DNA of 64,000 bases from Moniliella sp. 'wahieum' (lineage: Eukaryota), in assembly GCA_003971905.1 (NCBI GenBank), contig RSEE01000059.1, forward strand, positions 248,001-312,000. The letters run 5' to 3'. A program made the position numbers and the translations under genes. Shown here piece after piece: positions 1-11,586 of the stretch (positions are counted from its first letter, which is position 1; each line of letters begins with the position of its first letter). The notes under the pieces are model-generated. The model was not told the origin of the DNA. It did not search any database and worked only from the letters and a program-made list of their open reading frames with translations.

Positions 1-2284
1 CCCAAAGCCCCTTCTCCATCCTTCGCAGATATAACAGCAAACCAGCCTTACAGCCCTTTCCTCACCGCTGCCCCCACATCCATGTTGCCTCGATGCCTAT
101 CAGCCCCTACCCACTTGCTTCCCCAGGATTCGCCTCGCTACTTGCAGCCTGATCAGGTGCGTTTTTTTATATATCTCTGGCCCGTTAGCTGCTGTTCGTC
201 ATGTATTGACACACTTCTCACTTTGCATAGCACATTCCTGCGGAATCAAGTACAAAGATCCAGACTCCAGAAAACAGGCCCACCCGGATCCACCCGCGCT
301 GGCAAAGTGTCCCTCCCCTCTCTCACTCCGGCCACCGCAGAAGAAACCGGTGTCATGGTCTGGTTACGAGATACCACGACACCTATTGGCCGAGGCAGAA
401 CAGAGGGTGGGGGAGTCTGGGGGCGACATGCGGAGTCCATCATCGTTGGGGATGCGTTCTACTCCACTGGAAGTCAACGGGTTAGCTCTAGAGGCCCATC
501 CTTTGGTTCACACTGGCGAGGAGGGTTCAACCCAACCTAGCCAATATGACCGCTCTCGTATGGCCGTCACATCGACCCCGTCTAACCTAAGAGCTCATCC
601 GGCCGCTTGGAGCACAAATGCAGCGTCCCACGCGGGACTCGGGTTGTTTGATCCAATGGGGGTACGAAGGACCAACGCCAGAAGCGCAAGCGGTCATGGG
701 TTTGGATCCTGAACGCTTCCCTTTCCAGCATCTGATGGCAGGAGATCATCCCGAACAGGAAGAGATGACGATACACAGAGCACCAGCTCCTATGGAGAAG
801 TCCGCACCATTGTTGACAACTCAGTGCGCCTCTGGGCCAGTGAGATCTTGCCTACATCTTCCCCAACCTCCACGCAGCCAGCGTTCACTCCTGCTACGGA
901 GGAGCAGCTAAATCTGCTCACGACGTTTCATGCCTCATCATCGACTCCGCACGTGCTTTCAGATGCGTACGAAAAATACCTGCACGCCATTGGGGGGAAG
1001 CCCCGCCGCAACGCAGATGGGATGCGGTGGGACCATCCTGTCCCCCCACCGCGGAGTGCAAAAAGAGGATCGGTTATTCATGGTTCACCCATGACGTGCC
1101 ACAGAGGGAAAGAAAGATATCGCGGCCTCAGTCAGATGTGATGTCGTCCGCTGCCTCACCCTCCTTTGGGGTGAGCGCCTTGCCCAATACATTGGAACAC
1201 CCACTCTCCCTTGCTTCCACTCCGTCTCTGGAATCGCCCTCGGGACTCGTCCGCCCGCTCAGTCCTTCCTGCTCCGCCAACGCTCCTTCACCGTGCCTTG
1301 CACCCGCGATGCATCTCTCTTCCTTCGATCCAGTGCAATCGCCAATCTCTCCACATGAGGAGGGCGTGGTCTTGCGCCATGCCAGACCGAGCCAGGCCTC
1401 CATCACCTCACCGCTTCGCACTTTTGGTCGCACTACCCTTCCCGTACTTGGAGTTACGCCGTACTTGCGTCACACTACCTACACTTCCTCCCCCTCGCTG
1501 TGCTCTTCAAACAATCATACCAGCCACCCGACTCACCTGCTCCATCCGCTCGCAGCGGAAGTTCAGAGGGCTCTCCTCCACCGCCACAGGGCACACAGGC
1601 CTCCCTTGCCATTCTCCGCGCAATGGAACGAAGCCAAGAGGAGAAGAGGGGGGATGCACCGATAAACCGCTGACGCTGAACGCGCCTTCTTCCATGCTGG
1701 CATACCCACCGGGGCCACTAGAGGGTCAGTAATTGAGCAGCATTCTGCAGCGGAAGGATCCTCAATACGACCCAGCTCAGACCGCTGTCTCCTCCTTGTC
1801 ACCGCGCAAGACTGCGCCTGTGCCTGCGCTTGCTCCAAACCAAGTTCACCACCCTGGAGGCGGAGGAGATTGGACGTCTGCTCCAGACGCTGGTGGCACA
1901 CAAGAAAGTCAAGCGTCTGCGCCGCGCCGCGATTGCCGCATTGGCGAAGAGCGAGAGCGACGATTCGGACGAGGAGGAGGCGCGTCGCCCGAGGCCGGCG
2001 TCTCCATCTTCGTTCTCAGGAAGCATGGAACACTTGGCTGACCCGTGGCGGTCGAAAGTTCGCCTGAACCCATTTCGCTCGTTTGGGCCCGTGAACAGGC
2101 GTCCGTGCGCAAGGCAGATTCCGGTTCTTCCCTCGACCCAGGCCGGTTGGGGGATACTGACACACCCTCCAGTGGGGTCCGCCCCTTGTCCCTAGGTAAC
2201 GGCGCCCCCCCGCTCGTCCAAGGCGGGCACCCGGCCGGAGCACCCCTCAGTGGCGTACATCGGTCCAAGCTCTTCCTCCATTGA
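1..2284 (+). CDS. Hypothetical Ser/Pro-rich protein, 5'-partial, spliced, multiple apparent frameshifts
   Basis: Canonical intron ~157-230 (GTGCGT...TATTGAC...TAG). Chain of overlapping + ORFs (206-712, 824-1141, 1027-1665, 1830-2195, 2045-2284) with protein-like segments. No family recognised. Confidence 0.4.
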
Positions 2285-2835
2285 AACGGTTTGGCTGAAA
2301 CCAGTGGGTGCTCTGCATTGACGGCGCGTCCCCACCAACTCCTCAAACTCGCACACACGCACGTTACCTATTTCCGCACACTACACGGCTGCCGTGGCCA
2401 TCACAATTACATTGGCGTCCCTATCTCCTATCTTTGTAAAACCAACAGTGCCATATGGTTCAAAAGGACAAGGGCTTCCTATATTTGAACACTCGTTGTA
2501 TTTCCCAACCTTGAGTAGGCACAGGGATACAGGTTGTGCTAGTACGCCAACAGGCCGTTAGCGCAAAAACTTCGTTGTCGTTTTGTAGCGAACATCCCTC
2601 CCACATTTTTACGCTGTTGGCCCCCGTTAGCAGAAAGCTCCGTGGGTGACCACTGAACTTCAGTCTGGCGCTCTTTCACTCTGGTGGCCAAGATGGGTTG
2701 GACGAGTGGGAGAGTATATGCTCGCGGGCGGGCGTGGATATAGTTCACCCACCACCCTTAAAGCAGGGAACGGTAGGCTAACGGAATGCAAAAGCTGGAG
2801 CACCTTACTTACCGCCTTGAGGCGAAGGCGTATAC

Positions 2836-2932
2836 CTCTCCTTAGCTCAGTTGGAAGAGCGTCAGATTGTAATTGGTCACGTGGAAGCCCCTTCCGCTCT
2901 GAATGTCCTGGGTTCGACTCCCAGAGGGGAGA
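2836..2932 (+). tRNA. tRNA-Tyr(GTA) with 24-nt intron (2873-2896)
   Basis: Acceptor stem CTCTCCT/AGGGGAG with A73 (C1:G72, the eukaryotic Tyr identity). D arm GCTC-AGTTGGAA-GAGC. Anticodon stem TCAGA/TCTGA with GTA at 2869-2871. T arm CTGGG-TTCGACT-CCCAG. 73 nt after intron removal; TTCTTTT follows. Confidence 0.95.
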
Positions 2933-3094
2933 TTCTTTTGCAACTGGCGTGAGGTGGGGCTGCCAAGAGTTGCACGACTGGCGGGCCGGGGGGAATAACC
3001 CCAACATTAAATTAAGCGTTGGCCAGGATGGCCTGAAAGTGGCCTTCCCGCTCATGATTTACTTCTCCCCCGCCACCACCATCCCCAGTAAGCC

Positions 3095-4533
3095 ATGGGC
3101 GTTTTTACGCACCTCCCGTCTTGGGTCCAACCTATCGTCGGCAACCCTCTCAACCTTCTGCTTCTCCTCCTTCTCATCCAATTTGTTCGTCCTGCCCTGC
3201 GCCCCTGGACTGCTTGCCTCACCGCACCCTCGCGCTCGGCCTCATTCCTCCTCCTCTACCCCACTCCGGCTGAAGCAAAGTTGCGTGGCCTCCCCGGCCA
3301 CCTAGGGGCTGGTGTAGGTACCTTTTCGCGTCCCCCGCAGATCCCGACCGGTGGGGGCGGCGGTGGGTTTCACGGCGGGAACCCAGTTGCCGAAGCTCAG
3401 GCCCGCAAGCAGGCAATAGAGGATGGGGCGCAAACAACCCGGACGCGGTGGAGGAACTATCTGCGCCGGCTTGGTCGGGCAGAGCACGCTCCGGAACAAC
3501 GAAAAGAAGTACTGCTGTCTGCGCGGGCCGGCGTACAAGTGCGCACCCGGCGGGGCGTTTGGGCGCATCCTTCCCCATTCCCGGATGGCGGAGAGGAGGT
3601 AGGATACAGCTCTCTCCCCACATACCACACTTCGGTCTCGGTCTGGCGTCGTTACACTCCCAAGATGCTCGCCCTGTTCGATGGTGCCGGACTGGTTCCT
3701 CCGAGGAAGAGAAGGCCCGCGTCGCGGACCCTCGGCGCGAAGCAGGACATAACCCCCATGTTGAGACCGGTTCTTCCCCTGGCACGATGGACGCAGGACA
3801 GGATGCACCTCTTCCTGCAGGTCATCCGCCTGTCCCGGAAGGTGCCGATGCATCACACTGCCCTGCCTCGGCATCGTGGGCTCGTAGTCCCACCCCCCCT
3901 GCCGCTGCTACCGAGGAGAAGACGCTGCCAGAGGCCGAAGCAGTGGAGCAAGCTCCGCTTCCTCCTGGCCACCCGCCTGTACCAATGGGTGCAGGTATTT
4001 CTCAGTGCCCTGGTCTTGCGCGGGTGGCTGAGAAGACGGCGGTAAAGAAAGAGGAGCCCCCCTCTGAGCCTACCCCTGCCCCTATCCCTACCCCTTCTCC
4101 TCCTTTGGCCGATGATGATGCCCAGGCGGAATGGGAAGATCTGGTAGGGAGTTACTGTGGACCGACGCATTCTGGGTCGTCAGCCAGCGGCTCGGGGGTG
4201 ATCTTGATTGGGATCAATGGACGGGTGTATGATGTTTCGTCGGGGCGGGCGTTTTATGGTCCGGGAGGTCCCTATTCATCGTTTGCAGGACGCGACGCGA
4301 CACTGGGCCTGGCCAAGAACTCGTTTGACGCGGACATTCTCCCGTCCCTGACTGAGCGCCCCCTCTTCGTCCCCTTAACTCCTGGGGCACCTCCCATGGA
4401 GCTCCATGCAGACGCTGGACCGGTTGCCCATGCTACGAGGGACCTGACCAAAGCAGAACGCTACGCTTTGGCTGACTGGATCGAGATGTTTGAGTCCAAG
4501 TACGGTGTTGTGGGCGAGCTGGTTGCGGAATGA
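3095..4533 (+). CDS. DAP1: Membrane-anchored cytochrome b5-like heme/steroid-binding protein (Dap1/MAPR family); apparent frameshift ~3690
   Basis: N-terminal hydrophobic anchor (NPLNLLLLLLLIQFV). YTPKMLALFDG is followed, in the second frame, by ILIGINGRVYDVSSGRAFYGPGGPYSSFAGRDATLGLAKNSFD and LADWIEMFESKYGVVGELV. Confidence 0.85.
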
Positions 4534-5035
4534 AGAATGATTTTGGACTGATTGACGGGTGGCCTAAACTGTCTCTGACGCAGAGCTGTAGAACGGAGGA
4601 AACAGGGTCCAACACCCATAGTAATGCGAGCAGTCTAGCTGTTTCCCTCTCCCGCATTGTGACTCCTACCGTCAGATGATCGCTTGACACGCATTCTTCA
4701 GGGAATTGGCAGGCCCGCCTTCGTCCTCACCATGGCTCCCCAGCGTGGGCGTGTCGGCAGCAGCATAGATAATTGTGGTCCTCGTTGACAACTTGTCTTT
4801 GGGCAGTTAACACATGTTGCACAGCACGTGACTTGGTGACTTTAGTCAGCGACTAGTAAACCAAACATTCTCTTCGGGGTCCTTTCGATCCTATGGTCAC
4901 GGACCGGGATGTCCGATGCCCGGGGTGACCAGGATGGCCATCAGGGTGCGCAATTGGCCTGCAAGGGAGGATATGCCGTCTGGGTAGTTAGGCGGTGCAT
5001 TCTTTCGCCCGTTTCTCAGCATGAAGCGAGAGATG

Positions 5036-5080
5036 TCACATGTCACATGTCACATGTCATGCTTCAAGCTTCAAGCTTCA
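5036..5080. repeat. Phased (TCA-N4)7 heptamer array
   Basis: TCA at 5036, 5043, 5050, 5057, 5064, 5071, 5078; spacers CATG x3, TGCT, AGCT x2. Confidence 0.9.
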
Positions 5081-5569
5081 AGGCCGGGAGTCGGTTGGAT
5101 CGGCCCTTGATGGGTCTCATTCCCGCCGCTCCGTCGCTCCACTAGTTTCACTACAAACTGCTGGCGTCCTCACGCGCGGCCTCAGGCCTCACGAGTGCCG
5201 GTGACAGAGACGCGCGCTGGCGATGGCTTGGACCGCGGCTGAGCGCGCTGAGCCGCTGAGCCGCTTCGCTGGCAGGAGGTTATGCGCTTTGAAAACTGTG
5301 ATGTGCGGAATCTGTTTGTGGGGGCTTTTCCGCCCGCACAGGACGAGTGTGCAGCCAGGCTCCTTAAAGCCGCTGGGCCGCCACGAGAGTGGCCCCGTGC
5401 GGCAGCTGCATTGCTTCCGCTGGCCGCAGCGCCCTCAGTTGGGCCGTGTCCCCAATCCAACCGCTGGCGATCTCTTCTGCGGTCCGCTCCTGTCGTCTCC
5501 TTGCGCCCAACTACCGCGACCGCCGCCACCACTACCACCACTACCACCACCACCACCACCTACCCCACA

Positions 5570-5999
5570 ATGGCCTCTGCTGGTGCTCACTCGTCGCGCT
5601 TTCAGGCGTTCCTCAACCACCCGGCGGGTCCCAGGACTGTTTTCTTCTGGGCGCCCCTCTTCAAGTGGGCCCTCGTCATTGCGGGCGTCAAGGATCTTTC
5701 GCGCCCCGCCGAAAAGCTTTCCGTGAGCCAAAATGCTGCCCTCGCCGCCACGGGAATGATCTGGGTCCGGTGCGTCCTCCCTCCCCCCCCCCCCCCCACC
5801 CCCCTTCTCTGTTCCGGCGTAGCCCTGACCCCATCCTATTAGGTACTCGCTCGTGATCACTCCCGTCAACTACTCGCTCGCGGCCGTCAACTTCTTCGTT
5901 GGTGGCACGGGTCTCGCCCAGCTGGCTCGGATTTGGGATTACCGCCGCAAGCACCCCGTCCAGGCCGCGATCGAGGACAAGAAGGCTGATTCGGCGTGA
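5570..5999 (+). CDS. MPC2: Mitochondrial pyruvate carrier (MPC2 type); exons 5570-5769 and 5843-5999
   Basis: NHPAGPRTVFFWAPLFKWALVIAG...RPAEKLS...GMIWVR, intron 5770-5842 (GTGCGT...CTGAC...TAG), then YSLVITPVNYSLAAVNFFVG. Confidence 0.93.
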
Positions 6000-6216
6000 G
6001 GGGCTTTACTAGTCTGACTGACCCCATCTTCTCTCTATCTCCCCCCCTCCCCGCTCGCACATCCGCGGCGCCGGATTCGATAACCTGCACCATCACTTTC
6101 TCTGGCCCTTTTACTGCATCTCTCCTGAGCTCCACATTGCTAACGTTCTAGCATCCCTCCTTCACAATAGGTAGTAGTGCAGACGCACGTCGTTCGTTCA
6201 TTTCAGGAAGGCATGC

Positions 6217-8365
6217 TTAAGCCTTTTTTTGCCCCTCTTCCTCCTCTTTCTCCTCTTCCTGCTCCTCATCGTCTCCCTCAATTGCGCCCACACGCCATTC
6301 GCCCTCGACGTCCCACCGGCTGCCACCCGCCGAAGCCGAAAGGTACTTGACAAAGTGCATCACTCCTTCATCCCTCAGCACCACATTGAGGGCATTGAAC
6401 TGGGGCGTCAAGTTGAGCAGCACACCATCAAAGTCGTCTTCAGGGTCATACTCCTCCATTTCAACCACTTCTCCTCCTCCTCCTCCTCCTCCTCCTCCTC
6501 GCTCTTCTTCTGGGCTTCTTCTCCCGCGTCCTCCTCCTTTTCCTCCTCCTTGGATGCGTCCCCGCTCTTTTTGGGACCGCTTCCATACACCGCCGGGTCA
6601 TCGTCTTCCTCCATCGGGGCCATAAAGCATTCCCATCCACCTGCGTCGCCCGAGTCCCATTTGACTCGCAGCTCTTTGATCTCCTTGGCCGACAGTCCAC
6701 CTGCCGGTCCAGCCGTCTTGGCACGTTTCGCTGCCAAGCCCTGCACCTTTTTTGTTGTCGTCGGCCCGGCCACCGAATCGGCCACATTGGGGGTCAAACC
6801 CAAATTCACATGCAGCACCGCTTCGTCCTCATCCTTCTTAGCCAGGGTGTAGTCAAGCCCGGGACGGAAGCGCCGAGCCCAAAGCGGGTAGCGAGCGGCG
6901 AGAGGAATGAGCTGGGTCACGTTGGCCAAGAACGCGCGGAACGCCGGGGAGGGGAAGAGGACAGATCGCAGCAAGGACAGAATGGCCTCGGCCGTAGCAG
7001 GCACAGACGCAGGCAACGCCGGATTCTGCCCCGTCAGCGTCGAGGGGACATCACCTTTCCAGTCCACGAGAGAAAGGAAGCGGTGGTGGTGCGGCGGTCC
7101 CTCAAGCTCCCACATGTCCTCAGTCCCAGCCGCAGCCCCGACGCCAGTCAAGTGCGGCTGGATGACGCAGGCCTCCCGCAGCTCCTCACCAGACTTGGCC
7201 TCACCAGTAGGCTCGAACCAGCGGAACCGATCGCGGCGGTCGAGGCCGATGAGGCCGGGCCGAAGCACGTCGACCAAGTCCTTCTTGAGGAAGTCGGCGA
7301 GAAGAATGCTGCTTTCATCGCCGAACTGGGCAAAGAGCTTGGCCTGCACCGAGGGGTTTAAGTAGGCCGGGTTGAGAAGAAAGAGAGGAAAGTGCGATCC
7401 TCCGCTGACAGCGGATTACCCGGCACCACGCTGCACGTCATATCCAACGTTTCTTCCCCTGCATCTTCCTGGGCTGCGGCAGGTGCGGCGTCGGGGTAAG
7501 GAACGAAAGGGCGGGTGCGTTTTGGCTCACCAAGCTTTCGGCGGAAGAGTAGTCCTTGCGCGCCTTCTCCTCCTGGTCCTCCACCTCTTGGGAAAAGCCT
7601 TCTCCGGAAGAGGGCGGTGGAACCAGCCCTGGATGCTGATCCGCGATGCCTTGGGGTGCACCACCTCTTCCACCGAGTGGAAGGAGTAGCCCGGAATGAC
7701 AGGGAAAAAGGCGAACTGGTTCCAGTAGGGTACGTGAACCGTAGTGGGGACCGGCTCGGGCTCATGAGCTTTGCTCACCGGGTAGAGCTCGAGGGAACCT
7801 CCGTACTCGCGCTTCCAATCGCGATCGGGCATGTAAAGGATGAAAGAGACGCGGCGCGTGGAAATCACATCACTACCACAGTAAGAAAGGTTAGCTTGCT
7901 CCCCCTTGCCAAGGGAAGGGGTACGTACTCATGGTTGAGTAGGTGGCAGCCATCGCGGTAGTCATTGATGCTCATGTCCTTCTTCTTCAAGGAGAGCGGG
8001 CCGCACCCGGTGATGCGCTGAACGACCGCGCGGAATTCCTCGGAGAAGATGGCATTGCGAACCTTCATCAGGTTCTTAAGTCGATCCTTCTCGCTATCCG
8101 GGAGCCCATCAAGGTTGGCCAAATCGCCAGTTTGGTTGACCTTGTAAATGTCAGTCTCCTTGTCGGCAAAACGCAGCTCCTCCACAATCTCGTCCCGTGC
8201 CGCATGCAACAGCGCATCGTCGAGCAGTGGCCGCACCGCGCCGTGGTGGTAGGGCTGGCTCTGGGCACAGGCCGCGGCGTAGTCCTGCACCAACTGGCTT
8301 TCGGCGTCGGCCAGGTCGGGCGACGAGAAGCAGACTGCAATCTCGGGACGGATGGAAACGGTCAT
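6217..8365 (-). CDS. TPA1: uS12 prolyl 3,4-dihydroxylase (Tpa1/Ofd1/OGFOD1); intron 7873-7928, several apparent frameshifts
   Basis: KETDIYKVNQTGDLANL; spliced GCHLLNHDDVISTRRVSFILY (HxD); FHSVEEV; RISIQGWFH; C-terminal RRFRPGLDYTLA, GGWECFM and VLRDEGVMHFVKYLSASAGGSRWD. Confidence 0.92.
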
Positions 8366-8737
8366 GGCGGTGGTGGGGGGAGGGGAAGTCGGGGGAGGAG
8401 CCAGCAACCTCGAGAAGAATAATTTGTCTTGTCGCGTTTTCTGGTCTGATTTCTGAGGCGAGGGGTTAAATGAACTGACTGAGAGCATATTGAGCGAGCT
8501 GAAAAAAAATGATGAAACTGCAAACGAACTATATAAAGCCAATCGGAGCAGCTTCATTAGCTCTTCACTAGTCGTCACTCCAATCACTGCAGCCTGCCCT
8601 TGTGCTCGATTTTGCCACTGTCACGTGGCCTGCCAAGTAACCCTTCGATTATAGCAGCTACTCTCTTCGTTCGCCCAAAGAGCCAGGGACCAGGCGCGGG
8701 GACATGGCACCATTGGCTACCGTTTCCATCTCGATCG

Positions 8738-9163
8738 TGTCATCAGATCTCAGAACCGAGAGAGAGAAAGAATGCCGACATTGGGAACTTATAGGACGAG
8801 GAGCTTCCCCGAAGGCGGCTTCGAAGGGAGGATAGGGCGCTATGGGGGGCAAGTTAACATAGGAGGATATATGGGGTCCCCGCCAGAGGAGGGAAGCATA
8901 GTTAGTGCACTGATGAACCCGTCTGGTTTTTCTGTATCGCTCACCAAAAGTGGTGATGATGAACTCGGAAACCGTTGTCATAGTTTGACTGATCTCTCAC
9001 TCCCATTTCTGTCCAATTTCTTCGTTCCGAGCGTCTCGCTCTTTCCCTGTTCTTCCGCTTCGCACCATGCCCTCTGCTCTTGCTTCCTCCCCACGAACGA
9101 GTTGATACATCCCTTGGCTTAGTCTCGACTCTGGTTTCGCTCGCCTTAGCCTCTACTGTGACA
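8738..9163 (-). mobile_element. Putative solo LTR / LTR-like dispersed repeat, copy A
   Basis: 426 bp bounded by TGTCA...TGACA. The reverse complement of 8973-9163 aligns with 14001-14172 and partly with 38611-38663. Flanks GATCG/GATAC are only a partial TSD match. Confidence 0.6.
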
Positions 9164-10302
9164 GATACCGAAGAAGAGCTCAGATTGCAGAGAGCACCAA
9201 ATGGAAATGAAGGTCGAAGGAGATGCGAAGGCGGTGTGGCGAATCAAAGTCCTCATCGAGTTGGGGGGAACGACGCCCGAAAGGCATCGCATGCTTATCA
9301 TATTGTATGATGCTCCTTCAAGCTTCAAGCTTCGAGCGTCAACAGCTCCAGCCTCGGACGGAGGCAATGCGATGCCTGGGACGCATGGATGTTGCATGAC
9401 GTACAAAAATGGTCGCAAGTCAACGTTCCGTGCTCGCCATGCTCGATAATGACGATGCATCGAGCAGATGGATAGTCCTGGCTCTGATGGGCAGAGGCAA
9501 AAGGCGGAGGAGAAAGCCGATACAGAGGCGGCAGCGGGAAGAAAAGGTCAGTAAATTTGGCTTGGCACAATCCCGCTCATACCCTGAGGCCTGTGGCCAG
9601 ATGACCATCGAGGGTGGTGGAGTCGCATTAACACTAGTGGTGGTGGTTGATGGTGGTGGTTGTATAGACTTGGGCCAGCGAACGACGCCTGCAGAGAACT
9701 CATCAACAGGCCACTGCACCCAACCGCGCCCGGACTTGAAGGACAATGTAACAAGCGAGAAAACCCCCGCTTTCTTCGTGGCATCCCTCCGGCCCGGCTT
9801 ATCGTTCCTTCCGGATTGCGCGCGGCGGTTAGTCGGAAAGACGAGTTCCCCGATGTCGGTGACTCTGCGAAAAGGAATCATCATCACATCCGCCATGATA
9901 TTCCGCCATCCCCGCGTCTGCGGTGCACCTCCCCCGCCGTAGTTCCGCGCAGGGCACAAGGCTCGGGGACTCACGATAGCCTGGGGTTAATGGGAAGCCG
10001 GTGAGCCGGTACCTGGGCCGTGGAATGTGCCGTGCGGTCGAGCCCCCATCAGAATGAATACGACAGAATGGGGCCGCTTCCGCATCCGCTCGTGCCCTCA
10101 ACCGGTGATGCACCACGCCAACCTCGGCCGAGCCAGGCCGAGGCTCCGACGAGCCGGTGATTAGGTCGTGCGCATTCGGCCTTAGGCCTTAGCATTCGCG
10201 CGCGTGATTGAACTATGTGAGCCGTGCTGAAAGCCTCGTCTTACGCCATTCAGCTGCCTCCCGTCCCTCACCACCCCCACCATCGCTCCGCCAAAGTCAC
10301 CC

Positions 10303-11449
10303 ATGCCCCGCGCGCCCCCCAGCGTCCCACGCCCCGTCGAGCACATCGCCGACGCACTCGCCGTCGACCCCATCGGCGTTGGCACCGACGACATCTTCCG
10401 CTCCCGCACGCTCTGGCTGCCCTCCCAGGCGCGCGGTGTGTTTGGCGGGCAAGTGCTCTCCCAAGCTCTGGCCTCGGCTGGGCGCACGGTGCCCGAAGGT
10501 CTTTCGCTGCACTCGGTCCACTCTTACTTTCTCGCTGCTGGCAATCCGCTCGAATCGATCGAGTACCGCGTTCGGCGCCTCAGGGATGGTGGGCGGTATG
10601 CCGCGCGCGTTACGATCGCCCTGCAAAAGGGCAACATCATCTTCCTCGCCAGCTCTTCCTACCACCGCGGCGAACCGGAACAGCCTTCGTTCCAGCTGGA
10701 CCTTCTAGCTCCCTGGGCCGCCCCTCCCGGCTCTCACACCACCCACTCGGACGCCACCTGGGCCGCCACCCTTGGCATCCTTCCTCCCCTTCCGCTGGCG
10801 CCGACCCTTACACTACCGACAGTGCTGACTGGATGGCGTCGCTGCTTCCCCCGAGGAGGCGCCAACGGCAGTCGCGCGGTTTGATCATGTTGTCGCAGAA
10901 GAACGTGCCCGAAGCGATTGTGGAGGCAGTGAAAGGGTTCTTTGCCGACCGAGATGCGTCACCGATTGAGATTCGAGATGCTGACCCTAACATGTGGGAC
11001 GAGAATGGGTTGGCGTTGCCAGGGACACGGCAAGCATTCTGGATGCGGGCCAAGCATACTGTGTGTGCTGGGGGTGAGAAGTTGGTGGATGGGGACAAGC
11101 TCGCAGTAAGCTATGCCAGCGACTTCAACTTTCTCAGTACCAACGCCAAAGCGTTGGGAATCCTGCTGCCAAGCATGATCGCGACCATCGACCATAGCAT
11201 CTGGTTCTACCGCAGCGACTTTGATGCTCACGATTGGTTCCTCTACCTGATGCAATCTCAAGCGGCCAGCAACGGTCGTGGCGTCGTCTTGGGTCGGTTG
11301 TACCGGCGCGATGGCGCATTGATCGCTGTCACTGTGCGTTCCTTCCCCCCTACTCGTGTTGCCAAGCTAACTCATGACTTGCTTCTTAGGCCCAGGAAGG
11401 CGTCACCCGAACCTGGGGGAAGAAAGAGGGCAAGGAATCTAAGCTCTGA
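10303..11449 (+). CDS. TES1: Peroxisomal acyl-CoA thioesterase II (TesB/TES1 family); apparent frameshift ~10800, intron 11334-11389
   Basis: RGVFGGQVLSQAL, HSVHSYFL, YRVRRLRDGGRY, SYASDFNFL, TIDHSIWFY, WFLYLMQS, NGRGVVLG. The spliced end reads AQEGVTRTWGKKEGKESKL* (PTS1). Confidence 0.9.
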
Positions 11450-11586
11450 TTCAGACGTCACGCCGCAAGTATCACCCTGCTTTGCTTTGCTACTCCCCAC
11501 TGTCCCCTCTAGCGGAGGGAAGGGGGGTTGGACATGGCCTTGTGTGTGCACCGTGTTTCCCACGTACTACCGCTTACTACATATTA

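Noticed and set aside
8905..8995. Possible C/D-box snoRNA (TGATGA...CTGA with GTCATAGTT complementary to LSU rRNA)
   Set aside because: The guide is only 9 nt and poorly positioned, and it lies inside the dispersed LTR-like repeat, which explains the sequence.
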